Part shown: positions 51,797 through 61,520 of the stretch, in pieces
Position numbering within the stretch: the first letter of the stretch is position 1
Layout: each line of letters opens with the position of its first letter
Assembly (NCBI GenBank): GCA_030867685.1
Contig: JAQOWU010000007.1
Coordinates: 1,364,001-1,428,000 of the forward strand
From: Wickerhamiella versatilis
Lineage: Eukaryota
DNA length: 64,000 nucleotides
Reading direction: 5' to 3'
Made by a program: the position numbers and the translations under genes
Notes under the pieces: model-generated
Seen by the model: only the letters and a program-made list of their open reading frames with translations
What the model was told of the DNA's origin: nothing
The model's database searches: none

Positions 51797-54700
51797 ATGA
51801 CGCCTAACACGAAAAAAACACCAGCAGCTCAGAAAACATTATTAAATTTTTTCCAAAAGACACCTAAACAGTCACCTTCTGGAAACAAGCCAGGAAACAA
51901 GCCCAGTGCTGCGGATTCATCTCATAATGACGAAGAGACGAAATCGAAAGGGAACAGTCATACCAGTTCTGGAAGCCTTACACCACCTCAATCCGACTTA
52001 AGTTCAAGCCCCAAAACATATTGCAGTCCACTGGCGCGCAAACGTAAAATCATCAGTGACTCTGACGATGAGGATGTAAGTGCAAAGCGTGTCCGAGACA
52101 CCTTAGATACATCAGAAGCTCAATGGCCTGACTCAAGTGCCCCAGCTACTGATACTCCGAATCATATTCCTTCTGAGCTAAAGAGTGACCCACCCACTGA
52201 GCCTCTCAGCAGTTCATGTGATCGATTGGCGAAATTTGGACGGGAAAGCAACCATAAAGCCTCAGAGCCTACTAAAAGGAAAGCTTCAAAACTGCCTTCT
52301 GCCCCTAAATTTGAGGAAGAGCGATACAAATGGTTAGAAGATGTTCGGGATGCTGACGGCAATCGACCTGATGACCCTGACTATGATCCTCGCACAATCT
52401 ACGTTCCGAAAAGTGCGTGGGCAAAGTTTACTCCATTTGAAACTCAATACTGGGAGGTAAAGCAGAATTTATGGAATACAGTTGTATTTTTCAAGAAGGG
52501 TAAATTTTATGAACTTTACGAAAATGATGCTAAGATCGCTCATGAACAGTTTGACTTAAAGGTTGCTGGGGGAGGTAGAGCTAATATGAGTCTATGTGGT
52601 GTGCCAGAAATGTCTTTTGATCATTGGGCATCGGCTTTCATCGCAAAAGGCTACAAAGTGGCCCGTGTAGATCAAGCTGAGACTGCATTAGGAAAGGAAA
52701 TGAGGGGTCAAAAGGAAGAGAAAATTATCAAGCGAGAATTAAAGTGCGTTCTGACTGCGGGAACTTTGACCGATGAGGGTATGCTGGTTTCTGACCTCGC
52801 TCAGTTCTGTCTAAGTCTTAAGCAATTGCCTGGTGGATTTGCTGCATGCTATGTTGACTCTGCAACTGGTATATTTGGATATGTTTGCGAGCAAGATCCA
52901 GATTGTCTCAAGTTGGAGACCCTGCTCGCTCAGTTGAGACCCAGAGAAGTAGTCGTTGAAAGAGGAAATTTAGACAGAGCGGTGCAGAAGATGATACGGA
53001 ATAATACTTCCGCTGATACGATGTGGAACGTGCTCAAGGCTAAGCAAGAGTTCTGGGATGATGTTCAGACTTTGCAAGAGCTCTCTACAGGCGAGTACTT
53101 TCCCTCAGATGATCCCGACGATTGGTCTAAGTTTCCACATGACCTTAGAGAAGAGATGGAGTCGAGAAGCCCTGGTCTATCTGCTGTAGGTGGACTCTTG
53201 TACTATCTTCGCAGTCTCAAGCTGGACCAACAGCTCTTTAGCTTGGGGCAATTTAAGCGGCATACGGCCATAGACCAGCGAACAATGGCACTGGATGGAC
53301 AAACATTGCAAAACCTGGAAGTTTTTGCGAATACGTGGGACGGTTCCTCTGAGGGAACCGTTTTTCGCGTGCTAAATCGCTGCTCTACGGCTGTTGGAAA
53401 ACGCCTTCTCCGAAGTTGGGTTGCCCACCCTTTGAGTTCTTTAGAAGCTTTGAGAAAAAGGCAACAGGCCGTGCAAATTTTTATTGATGGTGATGAACTG
53501 CGAGATACACTTGAGTCGAGACTAATAGGATTACCAGATGTTGAAAGGATGCTTTCTCGTGTGCATGCCGGTTCATTACCACCACGCGATTTTGCGCGAC
53601 TGGTAGAGGGGCTTGAAAAAATGAGTCAACTTGTAGCATGGGTTTCAGAGATCTCCGTTGATCTGGTGAGCCCGGCTGAAACTCCAATTGATGAGTGGGT
53701 GACAGCCTTTGATCACAACCTGGCAAAAACAGATGATATACTGGTCCCAGAGAGAGGTGTAGAGCCTGAATTGGATGCGGCAAAAGATGAGGTTGTTCAA
53801 ATTGAGAAGGAATTGAATCACAGCCTTTCTAGATACAAATCTGAGCTTGGCACGCAGGCACTCGTTTATCGCGATTCTGGCAAAGAGCATTACCTTATTG
53901 AAGTACCCTCAAAGATTTTATCGAAGGTACCAAACGACTGGATTCCCATGGGGGGTACAGCTAAATATAAGCGCTTTTGGTCACCTGAGGTTAAGCAACT
54001 CACCCGGAAGCTTGCGGAGGCACAAGAAATCCGTGCTAACGTTGCTACTGGTGTTCAATCACGACTATATGCCAGTTTTGTTTCTAGTTATAATTCTTGG
54101 ATGGCACTCACACGGAGGATCGCTCAGCTAGACTGCCTCGCCGCTCTTGCACGAGCCTCCCTTTCCTGGCCATTGCATTGCTCCCCAGAATTTATCGATT
54201 CTCCGGATAGTGTCTTGAATTTTGACGATCTCCGACACCCAGCGGCTAAACCAGATTTTATACCGAACACTGTGAACCTAAACAGTGATAAAGCCATATC
54301 TTTACTGACCGGTGCCAATGCTGCTGGGAAATCGACCGTATTGAGAATGACAGGATGTGCGGTATTACTAGCTCAGGTAGGATGTCATGTTCCAGCTTCG
54401 TCTGCACGCCTCACGCCATGTGACAAAATCCTTACACGCCTAGGCGCAAGTGACAATATCTTTGCCGGTAAGTCCACCTTCCATGTCGAACTGAGTGAGA
54501 CCCAGAGAATTCTCGCTGATGCAACATCCCGTTCTCTGGTGGTAATGGATGAGCTGGGACGTGGAGGATCGTCCAGTGATGGTTTTGCAATTGCGGAGGC
54601 ATGTCTTCATCATTTGGCTACACATATTCGTTGTCTAGGATTCTTTGCAACACATTATGCACCATTGGTAGATTCTTTCAAAGCACACCCTCGTGTAATT

Positions 54701-55006
54701 CCGCAGAGGATGGCAATTGAGGTGGACCACTCCTCGCGGGAAGTCATTTTCCTTTACAAACTTGAGGATGGTTGTTCGGCAGGTTCATTTGGTATGAACG
54801 TTGCTCGAATGTGTGGTGTCGCACCCGAAATAGTCGATGAGGCCGAGCGCGCAGCCCACGAATTTGAACATACTCAGCGGCTCAAAAGATTAGGAGTTGC
54901 TACCCTTCCTATAGGATTGGAGTCTGACGTGGTCTGGATTGATCGTGGTGAGCAGTACACAAAGGAGCCAATACAGACAATAATCGAGATGTCTAATGCT
55001 ATTTAA
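51797..55006 (+). CDS. MSH6: Mismatch repair MutS-alpha subunit Msh6
   Basis: PIP box QKTLLNFF, YDPRTIYVP..W..FTPFE.QYW, KGKFYELYE, TGANAAGKST, DELGRG, FATHY. Confidence 0.97.
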   Translation: MTPNTKKTPAAQKTLLNFFQKTPKQSPSGNKPGNKPSAADSSHNDEETKSKGNSHTSSGSLTPPQSDLSSSPKTYCSPLARKRKIISDSDDEDVSAKRVRDTLDTSEAQWPDSSAPATDTPNHIPSELKSDPPTEPLSSSCDRLAKFGRESNHKASEPTKRKASKLPSAPKFEEERYKWLEDVRDADGNRPDDPDYDPRTIYVPKSAWAKFTPFETQYWEVKQNLWNTVVFFKKGKFYELYENDAKIAHEQFDLKVAGGGRANMSLCGVPEMSFDHWASAFIAKGYKVARVDQAETALGKEMRGQKEEKIIKRELKCVLTAGTLTDEGMLVSDLAQFCLSLKQLPGGFAACYVDSATGIFGYVCEQDPDCLKLETLLAQLRPREVVVERGNLDRAVQKMIRNNTSADTMWNVLKAKQEFWDDVQTLQELSTGEYFPSDDPDDWSKFPHDLREEMESRSPGLSAVGGLLYYLRSLKLDQQLFSLGQFKRHTAIDQRTMALDGQTLQNLEVFANTWDGSSEGTVFRVLNRCSTAVGKRLLRSWVAHPLSSLEALRKRQQAVQIFIDGDELRDTLESRLIGLPDVERMLSRVHAGSLPPRDFARLVEGLEKMSQLVAWVSEISVDLVSPAETPIDEWVTAFDHNLAKTDDILVPERGVEPELDAAKDEVVQIEKELNHSLSRYKSELGTQALVYRDSGKEHYLIEVPSKILSKVPNDWIPMGGTAKYKRFWSPEVKQLTRKLAEAQEIRANVATGVQSRLYASFVSSYNSWMALTRRIAQLDCLAALARASLSWPLHCSPEFIDSPDSVLNFDDLRHPAAKPDFIPNTVNLNSDKAISLLTGANAAGKSTVLRMTGCAVLLAQVGCHVPASSARLTPCDKILTRLGASDNIFAGKSTFHVELSETQRILADATSRSLVVMDELGRGGSSSDGFAIAEACLHHLATHIRCLGFFATHYAPLVDSFKAHPRVIPQRMAIEVDHSSREVIFLYKLEDGCSAGSFGMNVARMCGVAPEIVDEAERAAHEFEHTQRLKRLGVATLPIGLESDVVWIDRGEQYTKEPIQTIIEMSNAI

Positions 55007-55100
55007 ACTTATATATAAGTACGAGATATAGGAGGAGTAACACAGAATATTTGTGTTTAATACTATCACTAGGGCTAGGGAAGACTCGGCCTTCCATCCT

Positions 55101-55769
55101 ATGAGTTTCCGAGCCATATTTATCGGTGCACCTGGGAGCGGTAAAGGTACATTAATATCCAAGCTTCTGCGAGACTTCCCCCGCATACGGGCTGCATCAA
55201 CAGGAGATGTACTTCGTCACGAGATTGCCGCAAATAGTACATTGGGCAGGGAGGTATCTGTATATATGACTCGTGGTGAGCTAGTCCCTGACAAGACAAT
55301 GATCAAGCTGGTTAGAAAATATTTAGCTGAGAGAAATTTGCTCGAGCCAAATAATGCGAACTGGATTTTAGATGGATTTCCGAGAACGATAGGTCAGGCC
55401 GAAAGGCTTGATCAGATGCTTGCGTCTCATAATTCTCACCTAGATGCAGTGGTTCATTTAGATGTCCCCGAGGATGAAATACTTGCTCGAATCCAAAACC
55501 GTTGGATCCACGAGTCTTCCGGACGCGTTTATAACCTTGTCTTCAATCCTCCAAAAATTCCAGGACGCGACGACATCACTGGAGAACCGCTTGTCCATCG
55601 CAGCGATGACAATGCTAAAATATTCACGCATAGAATGGAAGCATTCAAGCACCTGACAGAACCTCTCATTGACTATTATAATAGACGAAAAATCGTGCAC
55701 ACTATTCGCGGAGACTCATCAAATAAGCTATATCAAGATCTTTACAAGCTAGTTTGTAATTTCTTGTGA
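55101..55769 (+). CDS. ADK2: Mitochondrial GTP:AMP phosphotransferase (AK3 type)
   Basis: GAPGSGKGT, LDGFPRT..QA, RW.H..SGRVYNL.FNPPK.PG.DD.TGEPL; first ATG 55101. Confidence 0.92.
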   Translation: MSFRAIFIGAPGSGKGTLISKLLRDFPRIRAASTGDVLRHEIAANSTLGREVSVYMTRGELVPDKTMIKLVRKYLAERNLLEPNNANWILDGFPRTIGQAERLDQMLASHNSHLDAVVHLDVPEDEILARIQNRWIHESSGRVYNLVFNPPKIPGRDDITGEPLVHRSDDNAKIFTHRMEAFKHLTEPLIDYYNRRKIVHTIRGDSSNKLYQDLYKLVCNFL

Positions 55770-55870
55770 AAATTCCATTACTGAATCAGTCGTGGTAGTA
55801 GAAGGTGATGCCTTGTAGAAGTTACTGAAACGCAATATTATATAATACAAACACCTATTGAAAGTATACC

Positions 55871-56797
55871 ATGAGTTTTGATTGGAACAAAGGATTGGCT
55901 TCTCTCCAGGGAACAGTAACTGATATAAGTTCGAGCTTGACCCCATTTGCACGTCGTACGCGTCAGATGCTAAATGAGAAACTCGGCTCTGCCGGTGAAG
56001 TTACTGCTCTGCCAGAGGAGTATCTTATCCTGGAACATAAGGTGGAAGCTGTGCGCGCTGTTCATCACCAGCTTCTTGGTGTTTTGCAGGTTTATGATAC
56101 GGAGGGCTATGACTACCCACCTAACCTCAAGGAGACCTTTCTTCAAACGGCCCATTCGATTCAGACGCGGGTAACTGAGGCCGCTTCCGCGCACTCCGTG
56201 GGTGAAGTGGGGTCCGCGCTAGTGGGCCATCACCCCTCTGAGACTACTGGTGGACCGAAGACGCTTCATCATGCTCTTGGAAGGTCTCTGGAAAGGTCGG
56301 CAGCAGTGTTGGAAGGAACGGGCTTGACCTCCCTGCAGACTGCTCTCCAGAAGCTTGCCGAGGGTGAAGTTGCCCTGGGTGGGTCTCGTATTGAGCAGGA
56401 CCATCAGATTCAGGGTATTAATACATCGCTCAATAATACCCTTCAGACCTCATTGAGTTTTGCCAACCAAGCACGAAAGAATGTCCACAATTCGCGGCTT
56501 ACTCTTGATGCCTCAAAAACAGCTCTGCAGAATGTCAAGCCTGGTGCTCCTGAGCAATCGAAGGCGGAGAGCGACGTAGAGAAGGCTGAGGATGCATTTG
56601 TAGCGGCAATTGAGGAGGCAGTCACTGTTATGCGTAACGTTCTCGAGACCCCCGAACTCATGAGATGTCTTTCAACACTTGCTCAGGCCCAGCTGGACTT
56701 CCATAAGAAGGCTGCAGAGTCGTTGTCCACCCTCACGCCAGAGCTTGAGAAGCTGCGAGAAGAACAGGAGACGAAGTACCGCGAATCACGCGCCTAA
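55871..56797 (+). CDS. GVP36: BAR-domain protein Gvp36
   Basis: T.Q...EKLG, LP.EY..LE, Y..EGYDYP.N..E, PKTL.HAL, VE.AED.FV. Confidence 0.9.
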   Translation: MSFDWNKGLASLQGTVTDISSSLTPFARRTRQMLNEKLGSAGEVTALPEEYLILEHKVEAVRAVHHQLLGVLQVYDTEGYDYPPNLKETFLQTAHSIQTRVTEAASAHSVGEVGSALVGHHPSETTGGPKTLHHALGRSLERSAAVLEGTGLTSLQTALQKLAEGEVALGGSRIEQDHQIQGINTSLNNTLQTSLSFANQARKNVHNSRLTLDASKTALQNVKPGAPEQSKAESDVEKAEDAFVAAIEEAVTVMRNVLETPELMRCLSTLAQAQLDFHKKAAESLSTLTPELEKLREEQETKYRESRA

Positions 56798-56876
56798 GGC
56801 TTATATATCTTTACTTTTTTTTTCGTCACAACTTGTCTTTAGCATATGCTAGAATTTGCTTAACAATGAATAAAAA

Positions 56877-57407
56877 TTACTTTAGCAACTTTTCAATGTG
56901 GCTCTTGATAGATGCAGGAGTGGTGGTGGAGCCAAAGCGATCGACAACATTACCGTTCTTATCAATGAGGAACTTCTCGAAGTTCCACTTGATGCGGGTG
57001 AGACCGAAAAATCCTGACTTCTGCGACTTCAAGAACGCATATACAGGATCTTCCTTGGATCCATTAACATCAATCTTTCCTAGAACAGGGAAAGTTACAC
57101 CATAGTTCACACTGCAGAAGGATGCAATTTCGTCTGAGGAACCGGGTTCCTGACCAAGGAACTGGTTGCAAGGGAATCCAATGATCTCAAGGCCCTTATC
57201 CTTATATTCTTTATAGAGCTCTTCCAAGCCTTTGTATTGTGGGGTGAATCCACACTTTGACGCGACATTCACCACGAGAACAGTCTTGCCCTTCAATTGA
57301 CTGAATGGGAATGGATTACCCTTGTTATCCTTTGGGGCGAGATCGTAAAAGCTCTTAGGTACAGATGATGACATGCTTGAGGCGAATCGTCTGAAATTCC
57401 TGTACAT
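56877..57407 (-). CDS. Cys-type glutathione peroxidase-like thioredoxin peroxidase (Hyr1/Gpx2 family)
   Basis: NVASKCGFT.QY, FPCNQF, FC..NYGV.FP, KWNFEKFL. Confidence 0.96.
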   Translation of the reverse strand: MYRNFRRFASSMSSSVPKSFYDLAPKDNKGNPFPFSQLKGKTVLVVNVASKCGFTPQYKGLEELYKEYKDKGLEIIGFPCNQFLGQEPGSSDEIASFCSVNYGVTFPVLGKIDVNGSKEDPVYAFLKSQKSGFFGLTRIKWNFEKFLIDKNGNVVDRFGSTTTPASIKSHIEKLLK

Positions 57408-57919
57408 TTATGTTTTAATTTATAGTCCTTATGATTTGTAATAACTGTTCTAGACCCGAATATTGGGTCTGCATTTACCCTATTACTATCTTCGTGTGCC
57501 GATTATTGACCATATGTGGCAATGGTCATGAGGGATTCTACCAGTTGAGTCTTGGAATATTATTGATTTAGCACAGAGATTCCCAATACGTCAATTTGAG
57601 CAATCATATCAAGGTGGTGGGAAATTCATACAATTAAAATGGCTGGGCGAGGGTATATATATTTACGGGGAGCGTATTTGAGCACATGCTGCATTGACTA
57701 AGACCAACACGATGGTACGTGATTAGAGTATCACAGGACTTATCTCGGATTTTTACTTTGTAAACATGGCGGGGTAAATATTAGATAGCTCGTAGATTCC
57801 TATAAAAGGTTGCTTTGCTAGCGTAAGATCATCATACATTTATTTATGGTTAGGAGGTGGGAAGGGATAAGTGATTGCTCGTTAGATTAATTTTTATGTA
57901 CTTACTTGCTAACTTGTAA

Positions 57920-59464
57920 TTAATTTTCAATAAGGTATTGTCCAGTAACATCCCATCTCGATCCTCTGGCGCTTCGTGAAACGTATTTTACGAACCGAAG
58001 TAATTCTGGGTCCCTGAGAATGAGATTGAAACTATTTCCGGTAGGGAAGGAAGACAACAAGACACCATCATCATCTTCATCGTTCCGATAAACAGCAGGA
58101 TCATCGTCTTCATCGTCACCAGCCATCACTAAGTCATAGCCACCTGCATCATTGTCCCACTTCGCAGGCGTTACATCAAGTACCAACTCGAGAATGGGAT
58201 CTTCCCTCCCAGACGTTTGAGCAAGCGTGAAGTCTTGGCCAGGGCGAAATCGGCGTCCCTCGACCCACTCCATCGTGGGCTTTAGGCCCGTTACTTCCTC
58301 AAGGAAACGCGCGAACTGTGGGCTACGGAAGAGTTCTTTCAGTTGTGAGAATGCATCGTCGGATTCCCCACTCAAGTACATATAGCGTCTGATATGAGGT
58401 GGCCTGGCCACGGACCAGGGTGCTGAAACATCATGTGATGTTTGAGGTACCGGCTCGAGATCCTGAGCTGTTGCCACGGAATGGACCTTTTTAAGGAAAT
58501 CTGGTGCGAGGAATGAGCTGATATTTATCATCGAGTCGTTCTCAAAGGTTTCACGAAGTGCCTTAGTATCCTCGAGAACATCTTGAGCAATGTATTTACC
58601 AAGATAGGCTTTATCAATTTCGGCCGCAGGCACTACAGGCTCGAAGTTTTTATGAGGCAGAAAGCCCTCACCGTCAATATTTGACTGAATTTGTGCAAGA
58701 GTCGCCTTGTCTGCATCTGAGGACGAATCACTTTCAGGCGTATATCCAGGCTCATCCTCCATTGGAATATGGAACCAGCCAGAGATAGAAAGACGAGGCT
58801 TGTCAACAAAGACCTCCTCTACATCATGGAAACTATGACCGGGCTGAATTCGGAAGAAGGACAGCTGGTTCCACTCTGGGGGAACACTCACGGTCCAGTC
58901 TGGTGCAGGTACACCGGCTTTGACGGTGGGGAACAATCTTAGTGCTCCGCCCCACTTGGGATCCCAAGGTTCATCTGGGGGGAGAAGGTATAGAATGTAG
59001 GACACCCTGCGGGTTCCAATAACGTCGTCATGGTTGAGTAAATGGCAGCCCTTATTGTATAGGTTTACACTGAGATCCTGCCTTTTTCCTGACAATGGTC
59101 CACACTGTGTTACACGACTCATGAGTTCACGGAACTCAGGAGAGTACAATGCTTCCCTCACTTTTCCAAGACTCTCAAGTTCCTTAAGCTCTTCGGGATC
59201 TAAACCATCCATATTACGCAGATCTCCAGTCTGGTTCACCTTGTATATATCGGTTTCCTTGGTAGTAAACGCTAACTTGTCCAAAATTTCCGAGCGGGCC
59301 TTCTTCAGAAGGTCATCGTTCAACAGACCATGGATCACACCGAACTTGTATGGCTCAGACTCAGATATATCCTTTTGTAAATTACTCTGATAGTCCTCCT
59401 CAAAAATGCGGGACTGGAGACTACTGGCCTCCCCTTCCAATTTTTGTCTCTTCACCGCAGGCAT
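57920..59464 (-). CDS. TPA1: uS12 prolyl hydroxylase Tpa1/Ofd1 (2OG-Fe(II))
   Basis: KETDIYKV.QTGDL, HLL.HDD, RRVSYILYL, SFHDVEEV, RLSI.GWFH, LRFVKYVS. Confidence 0.96.
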   Translation of the reverse strand: MPAVKRQKLEGEASSLQSRIFEEDYQSNLQKDISESEPYKFGVIHGLLNDDLLKKARSEILDKLAFTTKETDIYKVNQTGDLRNMDGLDPEELKELESLGKVREALYSPEFRELMSRVTQCGPLSGKRQDLSVNLYNKGCHLLNHDDVIGTRRVSYILYLLPPDEPWDPKWGGALRLFPTVKAGVPAPDWTVSVPPEWNQLSFFRIQPGHSFHDVEEVFVDKPRLSISGWFHIPMEDEPGYTPESDSSSDADKATLAQIQSNIDGEGFLPHKNFEPVVPAAEIDKAYLGKYIAQDVLEDTKALRETFENDSMINISSFLAPDFLKKVHSVATAQDLEPVPQTSHDVSAPWSVARPPHIRRYMYLSGESDDAFSQLKELFRSPQFARFLEEVTGLKPTMEWVEGRRFRPGQDFTLAQTSGREDPILELVLDVTPAKWDNDAGGYDLVMAGDDEDDDPAVYRNDEDDDGVLLSSFPTGNSFNLILRDPELLRFVKYVSRSARGSRWDVTGQYLIEN

Positions 59465-59836
59465 AAACAGAAAAAAGAATCTGAAAGCGACCCGGTTAAA
59501 GTACGAAGGGTTAGGGTATATTTACATCTCAACGAGCTAATCTAGAGAAAACATATAGACTATGGGTACAATAGTGATATTGTCTTTTATAACATAATAG
59601 ATAATAAAATAGTTTAATTTTAAGCTGAAATTGAGCCTTTCTAACTTGTATTTATTCTATTTTTCCTACCTTAGAACAAGTAACATCCGAAAATGTAGTG
59701 AAGAAGTGCTCTTGCTTATATAGGCTTCAGTCCTACCATAATCTAGATTTCCCATTACAATGTTTAAAGTCCTCAAGAGAGCTGGTTAGAATTTTTGGAG
59801 AGGACAATTGCGGGTAAGGGCTGTGGGTTATCAATA

Positions 59837-61486
59837 ATGCCTATTGAGCTTGACGGCACACGTGAGCGAGCGGTCAGCTATCACAAGCAGGCCCTTTATG
59901 CCGTCGTTGTAGTTGCAGTTGTAGCTACCCTGGGATTCGTAGTGCCGTGGAATGGTACTGCCCCGATCGAGATGCCTGATTGTCTGCAACCAGCAATCAT
60001 TCAACCTACCCCTGGCCTATATAGTAACACAACGCAATTTTTATCGGCTGAGTATGAAGATATCAGCGTTAATCTGCTTGGAGGAGCTATTCAGATCCCA
60101 ACAGAGTCTTACGATGACATGTTGATAGACCCGAACCAGGATCCACGCTTCGAGCCTTTTCTTACTTTTCACGCCTATTTGAATAGGAATTTTCCGAAGA
60201 CATCAAAATATGTGGAAACTGTAAATACTTATGGGCTACTATATACAATTCCAGGCAGTGATTCCAGTTTGAAACCCGTTATTTTGATGGCACATCAGGA
60301 TGTCGTGCCGGTGAACCCTTCAACAGTAAGTCAATGGACCCACCCACCTTATTCTGGATTCTTTGATGGGGAATATATTTGGGGTCGTGGCGCTGCAGAT
60401 ACTAAGAATTCTCTTGTGGCGATACTAGAGGCGACTGAGAGCTTGCTTGGTCAAGGCTGGAAACCTACCCGGGACATTTTGATAAGCTTTGGATTCGATG
60501 AGGAACTTGATGGTAGCCGTGGAGCCCAGACTTTGGCTGATGAAATATTGAGCAGGTATGGCCCAGACTCTGTGCATTTTATCGTGGACGAAGGTAGCGG
60601 GTTGTCCTTCGACCATGGCGCACTTTTTGCTCTTCCTAGTGTGGCTGAAAAGGGATATACAGATATTCAATTTATAGTGGAAACGCCTGGTGGGCATTCC
60701 TCCATGCCGCCCGATCACAGTGGTATTGGCATTGCGGCTGAGGTAGTTACACAAATTGAGGATATCGACTTGTTCCAGCCAAATATTGATGAGGCAAATC
60801 CTCTTATTGCTCAGCTTGGTTGCTATGCCGCACATGCCCCGCTCTTAGATGCCGAAACGCGAAGAAAGTGGGCCGCCATTTCTAGCAGCAGTAGAGCCCG
60901 ATACGCACTGGCGCAGGAATTCTCACAAGATAGACAGCAAAAGACATTTGTTTCAACAACACAAGCAGTTGACATGGTTAAGGGTGGTGTAAAAGTAAAT
61001 GCCCTGCCCGAAATAGTTGAAGTCACCACTAATTATCGTATCAATGTTGAATCTTCGGTGGGTGCTGTTACAGACCGTTTTGCACGCATTGCTAAAGCTG
61101 TTGCTGAGAGTTACGACATGGGATTGAAGAAGAACAATGAGACAATACTCACGGAGACTACCAATGGTGTTCTCCACGTAATAAATGGGCAATCTATAGA
61201 ACCAGTAAAGAGCTCACCAAGCTCAGGGCCTGTATGGGATCTACTTGGAGGAACCACGCGTCATGTTTTCGAAGATATTTTAGGAAGAGGGCCTTTGTAT
61301 TTTTCACCAACCCTCAGCACAGGTAATACCGATACAACACACTACCTCCAGCTCACTCGGAATGTTTATCGGTACACTCCAATTTTGGATGAGGGCAATG
61401 CCCATACAGTGGACGAATATGTATCAATTAGCGACCACATCTCAGTTGTAATGTGGTATTATGAACTACTGCAACTAATAGATTAA
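59837..61486 (+). CDS. CPS1: Vacuolar Gly-X carboxypeptidase (M20), type II membrane anchor
   Basis: N-terminal TM, AHQDVVP, GRG..D.K, GFDEE, VDEG, GGHSS.PP, HTVDE; first ATG 59837. Confidence 0.93.
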   Translation: MPIELDGTRERAVSYHKQALYAVVVVAVVATLGFVVPWNGTAPIEMPDCLQPAIIQPTPGLYSNTTQFLSAEYEDISVNLLGGAIQIPTESYDDMLIDPNQDPRFEPFLTFHAYLNRNFPKTSKYVETVNTYGLLYTIPGSDSSLKPVILMAHQDVVPVNPSTVSQWTHPPYSGFFDGEYIWGRGAADTKNSLVAILEATESLLGQGWKPTRDILISFGFDEELDGSRGAQTLADEILSRYGPDSVHFIVDEGSGLSFDHGALFALPSVAEKGYTDIQFIVETPGGHSSMPPDHSGIGIAAEVVTQIEDIDLFQPNIDEANPLIAQLGCYAAHAPLLDAETRRKWAAISSSSRARYALAQEFSQDRQQKTFVSTTQAVDMVKGGVKVNALPEIVEVTTNYRINVESSVGAVTDRFARIAKAVAESYDMGLKKNNETILTETTNGVLHVINGQSIEPVKSSPSSGPVWDLLGGTTRHVFEDILGRGPLYFSPTLSTGNTDTTHYLQLTRNVYRYTPILDEGNAHTVDEYVSISDHISVVMWYYELLQLID

Positions 61487-61520
61487 CACACAGATTAGGA
61501 TTTCATACAAAAAAAAGTCT

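Noticed and set aside
12387-55006. DNA repair genes RAD4, RFA3, RAD3 and MSH6 in one window as a functional cluster
   Set aside because: Spread over >40 kb among unrelated genes; expected by chance at this gene density.
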